Source of the DNA: Eutreptiella sp. 'Long Island Sound 2002'
Lineage: Eukaryota; Protista; Euglenida
Length of the DNA stretch: 64,000 nucleotides
NCBI GenBank assembly: GCA_964036045.1
Contig: OZ038378.1
Coordinates: 77,810,001-77,874,000 of the forward strand
Direction: 5' to 3'
Shown here: positions 63,890 to 64,000 of the stretch, piece after piece
Layout: every line of letters begins with the position of its first letter
Position numbering within the stretch: the stretch's first letter is position 1
The notes under the pieces: model-generated
What the model saw: only the letters and a program-made list of their open reading frames with translations
Databases searched by the model: none
Told to the model about the DNA's origin: nothing
Made by a program: the position numbers and the translations under genes

Positions 63890-64000
63890 TGTCGGCACCA
63901 AAGTGCACGTCCCGTACCCCACGAGCGTGGAGGTGGGCACCGTCACCGGTGTGCACCACAGGAAAGCGGGGTTCGTTTGCATGGAATACCCAAACGACTA
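63890..64000 (+). pseudogene. Tudor-like module (homologue of 50100-50230), running off the window end
   Basis: VGTKVHVPYPTSVEVGTVTGVHHRKAGFVCMEYPND. Confidence 0.5.

Overview
Eukaryotic, repeat-dense genomic DNA with GT-AG introns; no rRNA, tRNA, CRISPR or operon-like structure was found. (1) The one clearly intact host gene is the 3' half of a MAP kinase kinase (STE7/MAP2K family) on the + strand, with exons from about 33.3 to 45.3 kb and a 10.35-kb repeat-filled intron. (2) Two divergent, intron-containing, decayed copies of a Transib/RAG1-like DDE transposase lie back-to-back: copy A on the - strand at about 54.5-56.3 kb and copy B on the + strand at about 61.9-63.4 kb. Both are associated with a Tudor-like module and share a 32-bp upstream motif. 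(3) Three divergent, decayed copies of a second DDE-like transposase family that I cannot assign (motifs W[YF]DN, DxxIHY, YGxWHPYK, EA[ML]L[SA]R) lie at about 0.9-2.9, 8.3-9.8 and 57.0-58.6 kb. (4) A compound satellite block of 59-, 85- and 63-bp units spans 15.2-19.85 kb, and several further tandem and foldback repeats occur elsewhere. (5) A 16-bp palindrome, GGGCTCTGCAGAGCCC, recurs about 20 times, mostly in pairs 69-74 bp apart, in otherwise unrelated contexts. The repeat landscape reminds me of euglenids (Eutreptiella-like), but that is unverified recollection. All alignments were done by eye; repeat and pseudogene boundaries are approximate.
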